This document shows positions 1-10,746 of a DNA stretch of 64,000 nt, piece by piece. The notes below the pieces were generated by a model that was not told the DNA's origin, made no database searches, and saw only the letters and a program-made list of their open reading frames with translations. Each line of letters begins with the position of its first letter. Within the stretch, counting starts at the first letter, position 1. The translations under genes and the position numbers were made by a program. The stretch comes from Alphaproteobacteria bacterium (lineage in GTDB: Bacteria; Pseudomonadota; Alphaproteobacteria; UBA828): the NCBI GenBank assembly GCA_963422645.2, contig CAXXVO010000008.1, positions 320,001 through 384,000 of the forward strand, written 5' to 3'.

Positions 1-4
1 CCCG

Positions 5-1438
5 ATGAGCCGCGAAACCGTCACTGATGAGATTTTCTTCAATCGAGCCGGCCTCGACCGGCCGCGCACCGAGGGGATCGTCGCGAACGCTCTCCAGGGC
101 GCTGACGACGGCGAGCTCTTCCTCGAGTACTGCCAGAGCGAAAGCTTCGCCTTCGACGACGGCCGGCTCAAGAGCGCGAGCTTCGATACGCGCCAGGGTT
201 TCGGCCTGCGCGCGGTCTCCGGCGAGACCACCGCTTATGCCCACGCCGGCGAGCTCGGCGAGGAGGCGCTGAAGCGGGCGTCCGCAACCGTGAGTACGGT
301 GCGCCGTGGCCATGGCGGGACCATGGCGGATGCGCCCTCCCGCACCAACCGCTCGCTCTACGTGGAGGACAATCCGCTCGACGGCACGCCCTTCGACGAC
401 AAAGTGGCGCTGCTGGCGGAGATCGACGCCTACGCGCGGGCGAAGGAACCGAGGGTGCGCCAAGTCATGGCCTCGCTGCTCGGCGAATGGCAGGCCGTGG
501 AGATCATCCGCGCCGACGGCAGCCGCGCCTGCGACGTGCGCCCCCTCGTGCGGCTCAACGTCGCCGTCATGGTCGGCGATGGTGCGCGGCAGGAGACCGG
601 CTCGCAAGGGGTTGGCGGGCGCGCAGTCTACGACGAATTCCTCGCGCCCGAGCGCTGGCGAGCACAGGTGGACGAGGCGCTCCGCCAGGCCTTGGTCAAT
701 CTCGAAGCGGTTGCGACCCCCGCTGGCGAGATGCCGGTGGTGCTCGGCCCTGGCTGGCCCGGCATCCTGCTGCACGAAGCGATCGGCCACGGCCTCGAAG
801 GCGACTTCAACCGCAAGAAGACCAGCGCCTTCTCCGGCCTCCTTGGCGAGCGGGTGGCATCGCCGGGTGTGACAGTGGTGGATGACGGGACCATCGACGA
901 CCGGCGCGGCTCGCTCACCGTGGACGACGAGGGCACGCCCACCGGCCGCACCGTGTTGATCGAGGACGGCATCCTGCGTGGCTACCTGCAGGATCGCATG
1001 AACGCACGCCTCATGGGCATGGAACCCACCGGCAACGGCCGGCGCGAGAGCTACGCGCACTCGCCCATGCCGCGCATGACCAACACCTTCATGCTGGACG
1101 GCGCCGACGAGCCGGAAGAGATCATCGGCCGGGTGAAGAAGGGCATCTACGCCAAGAATTTCAGCGGCGGTCAGGTAGACATCACCTCCGGCAAGTTCGT
1201 GTTCTCGGCCGCCGAGGCCTACCTCATCGAGGACGGTAAGACGACCGCGCCGCTCAAGGGCGCGAGCCTGATTGGCAACGGGCCAGACGTGCTCACCCGT
1301 GTCACCGCGATCGGCAACGACTTTGCGCTCGACACCGGCATCGGCACCTGCGGCAAGAACGGCCAGGGCGTGCCGGTCGGCGTCGGCCTGCCCACGCTGC
1401 TGGTCGACCCGATCACCGTGGGCGGTACCGACGCCTGA
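5..1438 (+). CDS. tldD: Metalloprotease TldD
   Basis: 477 aa; GPGWPGILLHEAIGHGLEGDFNRK, MPRMTNT and GTCGKNGQGVPVGVG motifs of TldD. Confidence 0.95.
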   Translation: MSRETVTDEIFFNRAGLDRPRTEGIVANALQGADDGELFLEYCQSESFAFDDGRLKSASFDTRQGFGLRAVSGETTAYAHAGELGEEALKRASATVSTVRRGHGGTMADAPSRTNRSLYVEDNPLDGTPFDDKVALLAEIDAYARAKEPRVRQVMASLLGEWQAVEIIRADGSRACDVRPLVRLNVAVMVGDGARQETGSQGVGGRAVYDEFLAPERWRAQVDEALRQALVNLEAVATPAGEMPVVLGPGWPGILLHEAIGHGLEGDFNRKKTSAFSGLLGERVASPGVTVVDDGTIDDRRGSLTVDDEGTPTGRTVLIEDGILRGYLQDRMNARLMGMEPTGNGRRESYAHSPMPRMTNTFMLDGADEPEEIIGRVKKGIYAKNFSGGQVDITSGKFVFSAAEAYLIEDGKTTAPLKGASLIGNGPDVLTRVTAIGNDFALDTGIGTCGKNGQGVPVGVGLPTLLVDPITVGGTDA

Positions 1439-1536
1439 CCGAGTTCAGAGCAACGGTGCCGGCGCCCGATTCTGCTGCGGGGTTTGCGCGCCTCGTGGTA
1501 AAAGCTAGTAATGAATATTCAGCGGAGACAGCCGGC

Positions 1537-2070
1537 ATGAGGCGCTCGAATATCGTCGTGGGGATGCTTGTCGTCTTCCTTATGGGATTGACGGCGGCCG
1601 GCTGCGAAAACTTCGGCAACCTGCCAGCGCCGCGCCCGGATCCCGTGCAGGGTGGTCCGTCCAAAATCCAAGGCAAGATATTCGGCGACGACGGCATTAC
1701 GCTGTTTAGCAGCGGCAGCAAGAGTCGAGACGCAGCGCCCCGCAGCGGCATTGGCGTCAATGCCTTCCTTTGGCGCGCGACCCTCGACACCATCTCGTTC
1801 ATGCCACTGCTCTCGGCCGATCCCTTCGGCGGGGTGATCATCACCGATTGGTACGCCCCGCCCGAGAGCCCCGACGAGCGCTTCAAGCTGACGGTCTACA
1901 TCCTCGGCAGGACGCTGCGCGCGGACGGCGTGCAGGTCTCCGTGTTTCGCCAGGAACGCGGCGGGGACGGCCAATGGGAGGATCGCACCACGAACCCGGA
2001 TACCGCTGTCAGCCTCGAGGACAAGATCCTCGAACGCGCCAGACAACTGCGCACCGCACAACTCGGCTGA
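1537..2070 (+). CDS. DUF3576-family lipoprotein
   Basis: Signal peptide with LTAAGC lipobox-like motif; IGVNAFLWRATLDTISFMPL.SADPFGGVIITDWY motif; usual position upstream of leuS in alphaproteobacteria. Confidence 0.8.
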   Translation: MRRSNIVVGMLVVFLMGLTAAGCENFGNLPAPRPDPVQGGPSKIQGKIFGDDGITLFSSGSKSRDAAPRSGIGVNAFLWRATLDTISFMPLLSADPFGGVIITDWYAPPESPDERFKLTVYILGRTLRADGVQVSVFRQERGGDGQWEDRTTNPDTAVSLEDKILERARQLRTAQLG

Positions 2071-2185
2071 CAAAGAGGCCAGCGCCCCACGACCGGCCGC
2101 CCGGTGCGGCTGCGCCGGCTCATTCTTCATGCTATAGGGACGCCGCTCTCCGGTGCCGGCCGGAGTGAGGGAGCGAGCGTTGCCG

Positions 2186-4753
2186 ATGAGTGAGCGTTAC
2201 GACGCGCAGGCGGTCGAGGCCAAGTGGCAGGCCGCCTGGGAGGACGCGGGCCTGTTCCGGGCGGAGCGCAGCGGCGGGCGCCCGACCTACTACGTCCTGG
2301 AGATGTTCCCCTACCCTTCGGGCCGCATCCACATGGGCCATGTGCGCAACTACACCATGGGCGACGTGGTTGCGCGCTACAAGCGGGCGCGGGGCTTCGA
2401 TGTCCTCCACCCCATGGGCTGGGACGCCTTCGGCCTGCCGGCGGAGAACGCGGCCTTCGAGCGCGGCGTCCACCCTGCCGAGTGGACCTACGCCAACATC
2501 GCGACCATGCGCGGGCAGTTGCAGATGATGGGGCTCTCGATCGATTGGGAGCGCGAGTTCGCGACCTGTCACCCCGGCTACTACGAACACCAGCAGGCGT
2601 TGTTCCTCGACTTCTTCGAGGCCGGGTTCGTCGAGCGCAAGGAGGCCTGGGTCAACTGGGATCCGGTCGATCGCACGGTGCTCGCCAACGAGCAGGTCGT
2701 GGACGGGCGCGGCTGGCGCTCGGGCGCGGTGGTGGAGAAGCGCCGGCTGGCGCAATGGTTCTTCCGCATCACCCGCTTCGCAGACGAGCTCCTGGAGGCA
2801 CTGGAGGCATTGCCGCGCTGGCCCGACAAGGTGCGGCTCATGCAGCGCAACTGGATCGGCCGCTCAGAGGGAGCCCGCATCCTCTTCCCCATCGAGGACC
2901 ATGACGAGGCGCTGGAGGTCTTCACCACGCGACCCGATACGCTCTTCGGCGCGTCCTTCTGCGCGCTCTCGCCCAACCACCCTCTGGCGACATCGCTTGC
3001 TGCTTCGGATTCCGCGCTCGCCGATTTCATTGCCGAGTGCAATCGCGCCGGCGTTGGCGAGCGCGACATCGAGGCGGCGGGCAAGCGCGGCTTCGATACG
3101 GGCGTCAGGGTCCGCCACCCCTTCGACGCCGAGCGGACGCTGCCGCTCTATGTCGCGAACTTCGTGCTCATGGACTACGGCACCGGCGCAATCTTCGGCT
3201 GTCCCGCCCACGACCAGCGCGACCTCGACTTCGCGCGCGGCCAGGGCCTGCCCGTCATCCCGGTGGTGTGCCCGCCAGGAGAGGATGCGAATTCGGTCGA
3301 GATCGGCGATGAGGCCTATATCGGCGACGGTACGGCCATCAATTCCGAGTTTCTCAACGGGTTGTCGGTGGCCGACGCCAAGGCGCGCGCCGTCGCAGAG
3401 CTTGCGGAATGCGGCGCGGGCGGCTCTGCCGTCAGCTATCGGCTCCGCGACTGGGGCATCTCGCGGCAGCGCTATTGGGGCTGCCCGATTCCTGTGGCCC
3501 ATTGCGCATCGTGCGGCGTGGTGCCGGTGCCGCGCGAGGCGCTGCCGGTGCGACTACCGGAGGACGTGACCTTCGATACGCCGGGCAATCCCCTCGATCG
3601 CCATCCCACCTGGAAACACACCACGTGCCCGCGCTGCGGTGCCGCTGCGGAGCGGGACACCGACACGATGGACACGTTCGTGGATTCCTCCTGGTATTTT
3701 GCGCGCTTCTGCGCGGCCCGCGCCGACGAGCCGCTGCCGGAGGAGGATGTCGCGCCCTGGCTGCCGGTCGATCAGTACATCGGCGGTATCGAGCACGCGG
3801 TGCTGCACCTGCTCTATTCCCGCTTCTTCACCAAGGCGCTCAAGCGCTGCGGATACGTGACAATCGACGAGCCCTTCGCCGGCCTCTTCACCCAGGGCAT
3901 GGTGTGCCATGAGACCTACCGCGACGCCGATGGGCGCTGGTACTACCCCGACCAGGTCGAGACCCTCGCGGGCAACCTGGTGACCAGGGAGGACGGGCGC
4001 CCGATCGCTATCGGCCGGTCGGAGGCGATGAGCAAGTCGAAACGCAACACCGTTGATCCCGAGGCGATCATCGAGGCCTACGGCGCCGACACGGCACGGC
4101 TCTTCATGCTTTCCGACAGCCCACCCGAGCGCGACCTGGAGTGGACCGATACCGGCGTCAAGGGCGCCTGGCGCTATGTCGCGGCGCTCTGGCGCCTGGT
4201 CTCGGCTCCGCCCCTTTCCCTGCCGCCCTGCGAGGCGTCGCCGCCTAAGCTCGAAGCGCTGCCCGCCCCGCTGCGCGAGCTGCGCCGGACGATCCACAAG
4301 ACCATCGCCGGTGTGAGCGACGATCTGGAGCGATTTCGCTTCAACCGGGCGGTGGCGCGGGTGCGGGAGCTGACCAATGCGCTCTCCGCTATCGAGGACG
4401 CGCCTGGCGCGGGCCACGTGATGCGGGAGGGCCTGGAGACGGCCATACGTCTGCTCGGCCCGGTGGTTCCGCACTTGGCCGAGGAGGCGTGGCGCCGCCT
4501 CGGTCACGACGGCTGGCTCGCACGCGAGCCGTGGCCGGAGGCGGACCCTACCCTGCTTGCCGACGACGTCGTGGTCATTGTCGTGCAGGTGGACGGCCGG
4601 AAGCGCGCGACCATCTCGCTTCCGGCGGGCCACGATAAAGCGGAGGCGGAAACCGCGGCGATGGCGGACGGCGGCGTGCGTCGGGCGCTTGCCGGCCGGG
4701 AAGTGCGCAAGGTGATCGTCGTGCCCGGGCGGATCGTGAATGTCGTCACCTGA
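2186..4753 (+). CDS. leuS: Leucine--tRNA ligase
   Basis: [17 protein letters not shown] (HIGH-like), MSKSK (KMSKS), [11 protein letters not shown]; ATG at 2186 chosen as start. Confidence 0.97.
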   Translation: MSERYDAQAVEAKWQAAWEDAGLFRAERSGGRPTYYVLEMFPYPSGRIHMGHVRNYTMGDVVARYKRARGFDVLHPMGWDAFGLPAENAAFERGVHPAEWTYANIATMRGQLQMMGLSIDWEREFATCHPGYYEHQQALFLDFFEAGFVERKEAWVNWDPVDRTVLANEQVVDGRGWRSGAVVEKRRLAQWFFRITRFADELLEALEALPRWPDKVRLMQRNWIGRSEGARILFPIEDHDEALEVFTTRPDTLFGASFCALSPNHPLATSLAASDSALADFIAECNRAGVGERDIEAAGKRGFDTGVRVRHPFDAERTLPLYVANFVLMDYGTGAIFGCPAHDQRDLDFARGQGLPVIPVVCPPGEDANSVEIGDEAYIGDGTAINSEFLNGLSVADAKARAVAELAECGAGGSAVSYRLRDWGISRQRYWGCPIPVAHCASCGVVPVPREALPVRLPEDVTFDTPGNPLDRHPTWKHTTCPRCGAAAERDTDTMDTFVDSSWYFARFCAARADEPLPEEDVAPWLPVDQYIGGIEHAVLHLLYSRFFTKALKRCGYVTIDEPFAGLFTQGMVCHETYRDADGRWYYPDQVETLAGNLVTREDGRPIAIGRSEAMSKSKRNTVDPEAIIEAYGADTARLFMLSDSPPERDLEWTDTGVKGAWRYVAALWRLVSAPPLSLPPCEASPPKLEALPAPLRELRRTIHKTIAGVSDDLERFRFNRAVARVRELTNALSAIEDAPGAGHVMREGLETAIRLLGPVVPHLAEEAWRRLGHDGWLAREPWPEADPTLLADDVVVIVVQVDGRKRATISLPAGHDKAEAETAAMADGGVRRALAGREVRKVIVVPGRIVNVVT

Positions 4754-5279
4754 TCGGCCGCTCTCTCGCATCGTTGCGCGCTTGAGGCGCGCGCCGACCC
4801 CCGTCCTCGCCCTCACTCTTTCCCTCGTCCTGCTCGGCGCCTGCTCCGTCGAGCCTCTCTACGGCGCCCGCACCGGCAAGGCGCGTGGCGGCGGCGTGGC
4901 AGCGATCGAAATCGCACCGATCAAAGACCGGGTCGGCCACATCGTGCGCAACCATCTGATCGACAGCCTCACCCCGAGAGGGCAGCCGACCCATCCTGAC
5001 TATCGCCTGACCCTCTCGGTCGAGCAGGAAAAGACCCCGCTGCTGATCCAGCGCGACGACCATGCGACCCGGTTCAATCTCACGCTCCGTGCCCGGTTTT
5101 CGCTAGCCGATAGGGACGGGGCGGTGGTTTACAGCGACGCCGCGCAGGCGACGGGCAGTTTCAACGTGGTCGAGTCAGGATTCGCCACCGTGACGGCGGA
5201 GCGGGATGCGGCCGAAGGGGCAGCGCGGGTGCTGAGCGAGGAAATTCTGACGCTGATTCTCCTCTATCTCCGTCGATGA
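4740..5279 (+). CDS. lptE: LPS assembly lipoprotein LptE
   Basis: LLGAC lipobox followed by PLYG; leuS-lptE-holA synteny; start uncertain. Confidence 0.8.
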   Translation: MSSPDRPLSRIVARLRRAPTPVLALTLSLVLLGACSVEPLYGARTGKARGGGVAAIEIAPIKDRVGHIVRNHLIDSLTPRGQPTHPDYRLTLSVEQEKTPLLIQRDDHATRFNLTLRARFSLADRDGAVVYSDAAQATGSFNVVESGFATVTAERDAAEGAARVLSEEILTLILLYLRR

Positions 5280-5316
5280 GGCGCCGGGCATCGCACTTGC
5301 CGGTGGCTGACGCACC

Positions 5317-6357
5317 ATGAAAATCCCGCCGGCGCGCGCCGACCGCTTCTGCGCCACGCCGGAGGCGGGCGTTCGGCTGGTCCTGATCTACGGCCCCAAC
5401 GAAGGCCTGGTGCGGGCCCGCGCCGAGGCCTGCGTCAAGGCCGTCGCGGAGGACCTGGGCGACCCCTTTCGCGTCACCAACCTGGACCCGGCGCTGCTGC
5501 GCGACGAGCCGGGCAGGCTTGCCGACGAAGCAGCGGCGCTCTCGCTGATCGGCGGTCGACGCGCCGTCCGCCTGCGCGGGGCGACCGAGGCTGTGGTTCC
5601 CGCAATCCGCTCGTGCCTCGCGCTGCCGGCCACGGAGAGTCTGGTGATCGCGGAGGCCGGGCTGCTAACCCCACGTTCAGGCCTCAGGCGTCTGTGCGAG
5701 CAGGACTCTCACCTCGCTGCCGTCGCCTGCTACGACGAAAGCGCCGCGGACGCCGCAGGGTTGATCGAGGCCCTCTGCACCAAGCGCGGCATCAAGGTGG
5801 CATCCGAGACCGCCGCCTGGCTTGCCGAGCGCCTGGGCAGCGACCGCCGCCAGATCGAGAGCGGGGTCGAGAAGCTCGCAGTCTATCTCGGCGATCCGGG
5901 GGCCGAGGGCGGCGTGCTCACGATGGAGGTCGCGGAGGTCTGCGTCGGTGATGCGGCCGAGGCATCCGCCGATGCGGTTGCGCGTCTGGCCCTGTCCGGC
6001 GACCGTGAGGGGCTGGACCGGGCGATGTCGCGGGCGCTCTACGGCGGCGTCCAGCCGATCACCATCCTCCGCGCTGCGGCCCGGCGTCTTGCGCGCCTTC
6101 ATCTCGCGGTTGCCGCGCTGGAAGGCGGCGCCAGCCGGGCGGATGCGATGGGCGGCCTCAAGCCACCCGTATTCCCCCGAGAGCGTGCCGCGTTCGGGCA
6201 GGAGATGACGCGTTGGCCCAGCGCCCGCGCCGCCCGCGCGCTGGGGCTGCTGACCCGTGCCGAGCGCGACTGCAAGATTTCCGGCGGCGCGCCCGAGGCG
6301 ATCTGTTGGCAGGCGCTGCTCCGGGTCGCGCGTGCGGCCCGCAGACAGGGTGCTTGA
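5317..6357 (+). CDS. holA: DNA polymerase III subunit delta
   Basis: MKI...LIYGPNEGLV, RLADEAAALSLIGGRR, EKLAVY; synteny with leuS-lptE. Confidence 0.9.
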   Translation: MKIPPARADRFCATPEAGVRLVLIYGPNEGLVRARAEACVKAVAEDLGDPFRVTNLDPALLRDEPGRLADEAAALSLIGGRRAVRLRGATEAVVPAIRSCLALPATESLVIAEAGLLTPRSGLRRLCEQDSHLAAVACYDESAADAAGLIEALCTKRGIKVASETAAWLAERLGSDRRQIESGVEKLAVYLGDPGAEGGVLTMEVAEVCVGDAAEASADAVARLALSGDREGLDRAMSRALYGGVQPITILRAAARRLARLHLAVAALEGGASRADAMGGLKPPVFPRERAAFGQEMTRWPSARAARALGLLTRAERDCKISGGAPEAICWQALLRVARAARRQGA

Positions 6358-6374
6358 GCGGAACGACCTTCGCG

Positions 6375-6788
6375 TCAGGCGGCGATGCCCGCCAGGGTGC
6401 AGATGCGCCGCCACTCGGCTGCAGACACGGGGCTTACGGAAAGTCGCGATTGGCGCACGAGCTGCATGTCCTGGAGAGCCGGGTCTTCCTTGATCTGCTT
6501 CAGCGAGACCGGCTGACCCACCGGAACCACGGCTTTGACGTCGACCATGCCGAAGCGCCCGGAGGAGTCGGTGGGATCGGGGTAGTGCTCCTTGACGACC
6601 TCGACGACGCCGACGATCTCCTTCGCATTGACCGAGTGGTAGAAGAAGCAGCGGTCGCCCTGCTTCATGGCCTTCATGTTGTTGTTCGCCTGATGGTTGC
6701 GCACGCCATCCCATTCGGTGACGACATCGCGCACCTGGTCGTCCCACGACCAGGATCCGGGTTCCGATTTCAAGAGCCAATAGGCCAT
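6375..6788 (-). CDS. EVE domain-containing protein
   Basis: MAYWLLKSEP...WDGVRNHQA...FFYHS...RQSRLSVSPV; ATG at 6788. Confidence 0.92.
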   Translation of the reverse strand: MAYWLLKSEPGSWSWDDQVRDVVTEWDGVRNHQANNNMKAMKQGDRCFFYHSVNAKEIVGVVEVVKEHYPDPTDSSGRFGMVDVKAVVPVGQPVSLKQIKEDPALQDMQLVRQSRLSVSPVSAAEWRRICTLAGIAA

Positions 6789-6989
6789 TCCGCGCCCCTC
6801 CAAACGACCGCTTCGCCGTGAGCTAAGTGTAGCCAACCGGCACCCGGCCGTCAGCCGTCGCACCTTCTGCCCACAGGTCGCCGTCTTGATGTCGGCGAAC
6901 GATGCCCCCACACTAAGACAATTGCTAGATAAGGAGTCTGTCGGGTGGTGCCGTGAGCGGTGCCGGCGGCGGCGGGTGAACGCGGGGAA

Positions 6990-7199
6990 ATGTCGTTCTT
7001 CGAAATGGGCGGCTACGCTGCCTATGTGTGGCCGGCCTTCGGTGCCGCGGCCGTGATCATGGTCGCGCTCCTCGTGCTGAGCATCCGCACCATGCGCGCG
7101 CGGGAGGCGGCGCTCAGGGCTCTTGAGGCGACCGCCCGCCGGCAGCGTGCCGCCGATGGAGACGGCGACCGTGACGGGGAGCAGAACGCCCCGGCATGA
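6990..7199 (+). CDS. ccmD: Heme exporter protein CcmD
   Basis: FFEMGGYAAYVWPAFG single TM helix followed by a basic tail; directly upstream of ccmE. Confidence 0.85.
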   Translation: MSFFEMGGYAAYVWPAFGAAAVIMVALLVLSIRTMRAREAALRALEATARRQRAADGDGDRDGEQNAPA

Positions 7200-7639
7200 A
7201 GCGCAAGCACTGGCGGTTGGTCTTTGTCGGCGGAGGGCTCGGCGCGCTTGGCCTCGCGGCGGGCCTTGTGCTCACCGCGCTCGATGACACGCTCGTCTTC
7301 TTCCAAGACCCGAGCACGATCAAGGAGCAGCAGTTTTCGCCTGAGCAGCGGCTTCGCGTGGGTGGTCTGGTAGAGGAAGAAAGCGTGGTGAGGGGTGACG
7401 ATGGGCTCACGGTGCGCTTCACCATTACCGACCTTGCTCACACCGTGCCCGTGACCTATCGCGGTATTCTGCCCGACCTGTTCCGTGAGGGGCAGGGGGT
7501 GGTGGCCGAAGGTTATCTGAAGGGCGGCGTGTTCGAGGCCGATGAGGTGCTTGCCAAGCATGATGAGAATTACATGCCCCGCGAAGTAGCGGACGCGCTG
7601 AGGAAGTCCGGTAACTGGAAGGGTGAGGGCGCCGAATGA
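7196..7639 (+). CDS. ccmE: Cytochrome c maturation heme chaperone CcmE
   Basis: GILPDLFREGQGVVAEG and LAKHDENYMP heme-binding motif. Confidence 0.96.
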   Translation: MKRKHWRLVFVGGGLGALGLAAGLVLTALDDTLVFFQDPSTIKEQQFSPEQRLRVGGLVEEESVVRGDDGLTVRFTITDLAHTVPVTYRGILPDLFREGQGVVAEGYLKGGVFEADEVLAKHDENYMPREVADALRKSGNWKGEGAE

Positions 7640-9627
7640 TCCCCGAGATCGGCCATTACGCCCTGATCCTCGCGCTGGCGATGGCGCTGGTGCAAGCCGC
7701 TGCCGCGCCACTCGGCGCAAGGCTTCGCGATGGTAGCTTGATGGCGCTGGCACGACCGGCTGCGGTGGCGCAGTTCGTCTTTATCTCGGCATCGCTCGCC
7801 TGCCTGATGCAGGCCTTCGTCGTCTCCGATTTCTCGGTGGTGACGGTCGCTGACAACTCCCACTCGGCCAAGCCGCTGCTCTACAAGTTCACCGGCACCT
7901 GGGGCAATCACGAAGGTTCAATGCTGCTCTGGGTGTGGATTCTGGCGGTCTACGGTGCCGCCGTGGCGGTCTTCGGGCGCAACTTGCCGCCGCCCTTCCG
8001 CGCTTGGGTGCTGGCTGTTCAGGCGCTGATCGGGCTCGGCTTTCTGGTCTTTGTGCTCGCCACCTCCAACCCCTTCATGAGGCTCGATCCGGCGCCGTTC
8101 GACGGGCGCGACCTCAACCCCTTGCTGCAGGACCCCGGCCTCGCCTTCCACCCGCCACTGCTCTACCTGGGCTATGTCGGGCTTTCGACAGCCTTCGCTT
8201 TCGCCGTGGCGGCGCTGATCGAAGGGCGTGTGAATGCGGCTTGGGCGCGCTGGGTCCGGCCGTGGACGCTGCTCTCATGGTGCGCGCTGACCGCTGGTAT
8301 CGCGTTGGGTTCCTGGTGGGCCTATTACGAGCTCGGCTGGGGCGGGTTCTGGTTCTGGGACCCCGTAGAGAACGCCTCCTTCATGCCCTGGCTGATGGCG
8401 ACCGCGCTGCTGCACTCTTCGATCGTGGCGGAGAAGCGGGACAGCCTGAAGAGTTGGACCGTTCTGCTGGCGATTCTCGGTTTCTCGCTCAGCCTTCTGG
8501 GGACCTTCCTTGTGCGCTCCGGCGTCCTGACTTCGGTGCATAGCTTCGCCTCCGACCCGGCACGCGGGGTCTACATCCTCGTGTTCCTGGTGATCGTGGT
8601 CGGCGGCTCGCTCACGCTCTACGCCTGGCGCGCACCGGGTATGCGGGCCGGCGGCTCGTTCCGCCCGCTCTCGCGCGAAGGCTCGCTGTTGGCCAACAAT
8701 TTGCTGCTGGCGGTCGGCTGCGCCACGGTCTTCATCGGCACGCTCTATCCGCTAATTCTCGACGCGATCGCGGACCAGAAGGTCTCGGTTGGCCCGCCCT
8801 TCTTCGAATCGACCTTCGTGCCCTTGATGATTCCGCTCCTCCTGATGATGGCGGCGGGGCCCTTGATGGCATGGAAGCGCGCGGGCCCCGGCGCCGTGCT
8901 GCCGCGCCTCGCGATCTCGCTCGCCGCAGCCATCGCGGTGGCGGCGGGGGTCGGACTGAGCGGCGGCGGCCCCTGGGGCGCGGTGCTTGGCATGGCGCTT
9001 GCCGGCTGGGTCGTGGCGGGTGTGCTGACGGAGCTTGCGGAGCGCGTGCGGCTCTTCCGGGTGCCGCTCGCGGAGAGCGCGCGTCGCGCTATCGGCCTGC
9101 CGCGCGCGGCCTGGGCGATGAGCCTCGCCCATCTCGGCGTCGCGGTTCTGGTTGTGGGCACGGTCGGCGCCAGCAATTGGGCAGTGGAGCGAGAGCAAGC
9201 GATGCGGCCGGGTGAGTCGCTCGCCCTTGCCGGCTACGACTTTGAGCTGCAGAGCATCGGCGACGTACCCGGCCCCAACTACCTCGCTCGGCAAGGCGAG
9301 GTCCGGGTCCTGCGGGACGGCGAGGACGTCGCGCTGCTCCTGCCCGAGCGACGGCACTATCCGGTGCAGGACACCTGGACCACCGAGGCCGCGATTCACA
9401 CGACCTGGCTATCCGACCTCTATGTCGTGGTCGGCGAGGACGCGCCTGGCGGCGGTACGGCAATCCGCATCCATCACAATCCGCTCGTTCCCTGGATCTG
9501 GATCGGCGCACTCGTCATGGTGGCGGGCGGTGTCGTCTCGCTGACCGACCGCCGCCACCGCGTGGGCGCACCCGCCCGACGCCGCCATTCGGCACCCGCT
9601 GTCGCCGCTGCCGGCACGGGCGACTGA
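7636..9627 (+). CDS. ccmF: Cytochrome c heme lyase CcmF
   Basis: WGNHEGS, HPPLLYLGY, WWAYYELGWGGFWFWDPVEN (WWD domain), SVHSFA. Confidence 0.97.
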   Translation: MIPEIGHYALILALAMALVQAAAAPLGARLRDGSLMALARPAAVAQFVFISASLACLMQAFVVSDFSVVTVADNSHSAKPLLYKFTGTWGNHEGSMLLWVWILAVYGAAVAVFGRNLPPPFRAWVLAVQALIGLGFLVFVLATSNPFMRLDPAPFDGRDLNPLLQDPGLAFHPPLLYLGYVGLSTAFAFAVAALIEGRVNAAWARWVRPWTLLSWCALTAGIALGSWWAYYELGWGGFWFWDPVENASFMPWLMATALLHSSIVAEKRDSLKSWTVLLAILGFSLSLLGTFLVRSGVLTSVHSFASDPARGVYILVFLVIVVGGSLTLYAWRAPGMRAGGSFRPLSREGSLLANNLLLAVGCATVFIGTLYPLILDAIADQKVSVGPPFFESTFVPLMIPLLLMMAAGPLMAWKRAGPGAVLPRLAISLAAAIAVAAGVGLSGGGPWGAVLGMALAGWVVAGVLTELAERVRLFRVPLAESARRAIGLPRAAWAMSLAHLGVAVLVVGTVGASNWAVEREQAMRPGESLALAGYDFELQSIGDVPGPNYLARQGEVRVLRDGEDVALLLPERRHYPVQDTWTTEAAIHTTWLSDLYVVVGEDAPGGGTAIRIHHNPLVPWIWIGALVMVAGGVVSLTDRRHRVGAPARRRHSAPAVAAAGTGD

Positions 9628-9632
9628 GATCC

Positions 9633-10238
9633 ATGACAGACGAGAGCAACCAGGCGCCGGCAGGGGAGCAGGCGGAGGAGAAGCCGGTCTCCATCGCCCG
9701 CAGGCTGCGTTATCTCGCGCCGGTGTTTCTATTCGTTGCACTGGCTGCCGCGCTTGGCGTTCAGTTGCTGACTGGCGAGCCCAGCAAGGTGCCGTCGGCG
9801 CTGATCGACAAGCCGGTGCCCGGGTTCTCGCTCCCGCCGGTCCAGGGCTTCGAGGAGGCGGGCGGGTTCGCGACCGCCGACCTCGGCAAGGGCGAGATCG
9901 CGCTCGTCAACATCTTCGCGTCCTGGTGCGGCCCCTGCCGGGTCGAGCACCCGCTGCTCATGACGCTCGCTGCGGCTGGCACGGTCCCGCTCTATGGCAT
10001 CAACTATAAGGACACGCCTGACAACGCCGAGCGCTGGTTGGGCCGGCTCGGCAATCCCTACACGCTGATGGGCGCCGACCTCGACGGCCGCACCGGGATC
10101 GAGTGGGGCGTCTACGGCGTGCCTGAGACCTTCGTGGTGGACGGCTCAGGCCGCATCCGCCATCGCCACGTGGGCGTCCTCTCGAAGCATGACCTGGACG
10201 AGACCATCCTGCCTCTGATCGAGGACTTGCGCGGATGA
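9633..10238 (+). CDS. ccmG: Thiol:disulfide interchange protein CcmG/DsbE
   Basis: N-terminal TM helix, ASWCGPCRVEHP, GVYGVPETF. Confidence 0.93.
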   Translation: MTDESNQAPAGEQAEEKPVSIARRLRYLAPVFLFVALAAALGVQLLTGEPSKVPSALIDKPVPGFSLPPVQGFEEAGGFATADLGKGEIALVNIFASWCGPCRVEHPLLMTLAAAGTVPLYGINYKDTPDNAERWLGRLGNPYTLMGADLDGRTGIEWGVYGVPETFVVDGSGRIRHRHVGVLSKHDLDETILPLIEDLRG

Positions 10239-10735
10239 GCGCCACGATTCGGACCGTACGGTGTGCGCTCCTTGGGGCAACGTGCGCGCTCTGGCTCGGG
10301 CTCGCGGCGGGTCCCAGTCTGGCGTTCACGCCCGACGAGCCGCTGGCCGACCCCGCGCTCGAGGCCCGCGCCCGTGCGCTCCATGCGGAGCTCCGCTGTC
10401 TGGTGTGTCAGGGCCAGTCGATCGCCAATTCCAATGCGGCGCTGGCCCAGGACATGCGCGCCATCGTTCGTGAGCGCCTCGCCGCCGGCGAAAACGATGA
10501 CGCGGTAAGGGGGTTCCTGACCGACCGCTACGGCGATTACGTGCTGCTGGACCCGCCGGTGAAGCCCGAGACCTACGCGCTCTGGTTCGGCCCCGCTGCC
10601 GTCTTCGTCATCGGTGCCGGCATCGCCTTCGCCCTGTTGCGGCGCGCGAGGGCCGGTGCGCGCGAAGCGGGGGCGGCGCCGCTTTCCGCCGAGGAGAGGC
10701 GGCGGCTGGACGCGCTTCTCGACGACGACGCCTGA
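10235..10735 (+). CDS. ccmH: Cytochrome c biogenesis protein CcmH
   Basis: LRCLVCQGQSI.SNA.LA motif, RYGDYVLLDPP. Confidence 0.93.
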   Translation: MSATIRTVRCALLGATCALWLGLAAGPSLAFTPDEPLADPALEARARALHAELRCLVCQGQSIANSNAALAQDMRAIVRERLAAGENDDAVRGFLTDRYGDYVLLDPPVKPETYALWFGPAAVFVIGAGIAFALLRRARAGAREAGAAPLSAEERRRLDALLDDDA

Positions 10736-10746
10736 CCGGGCAGCCG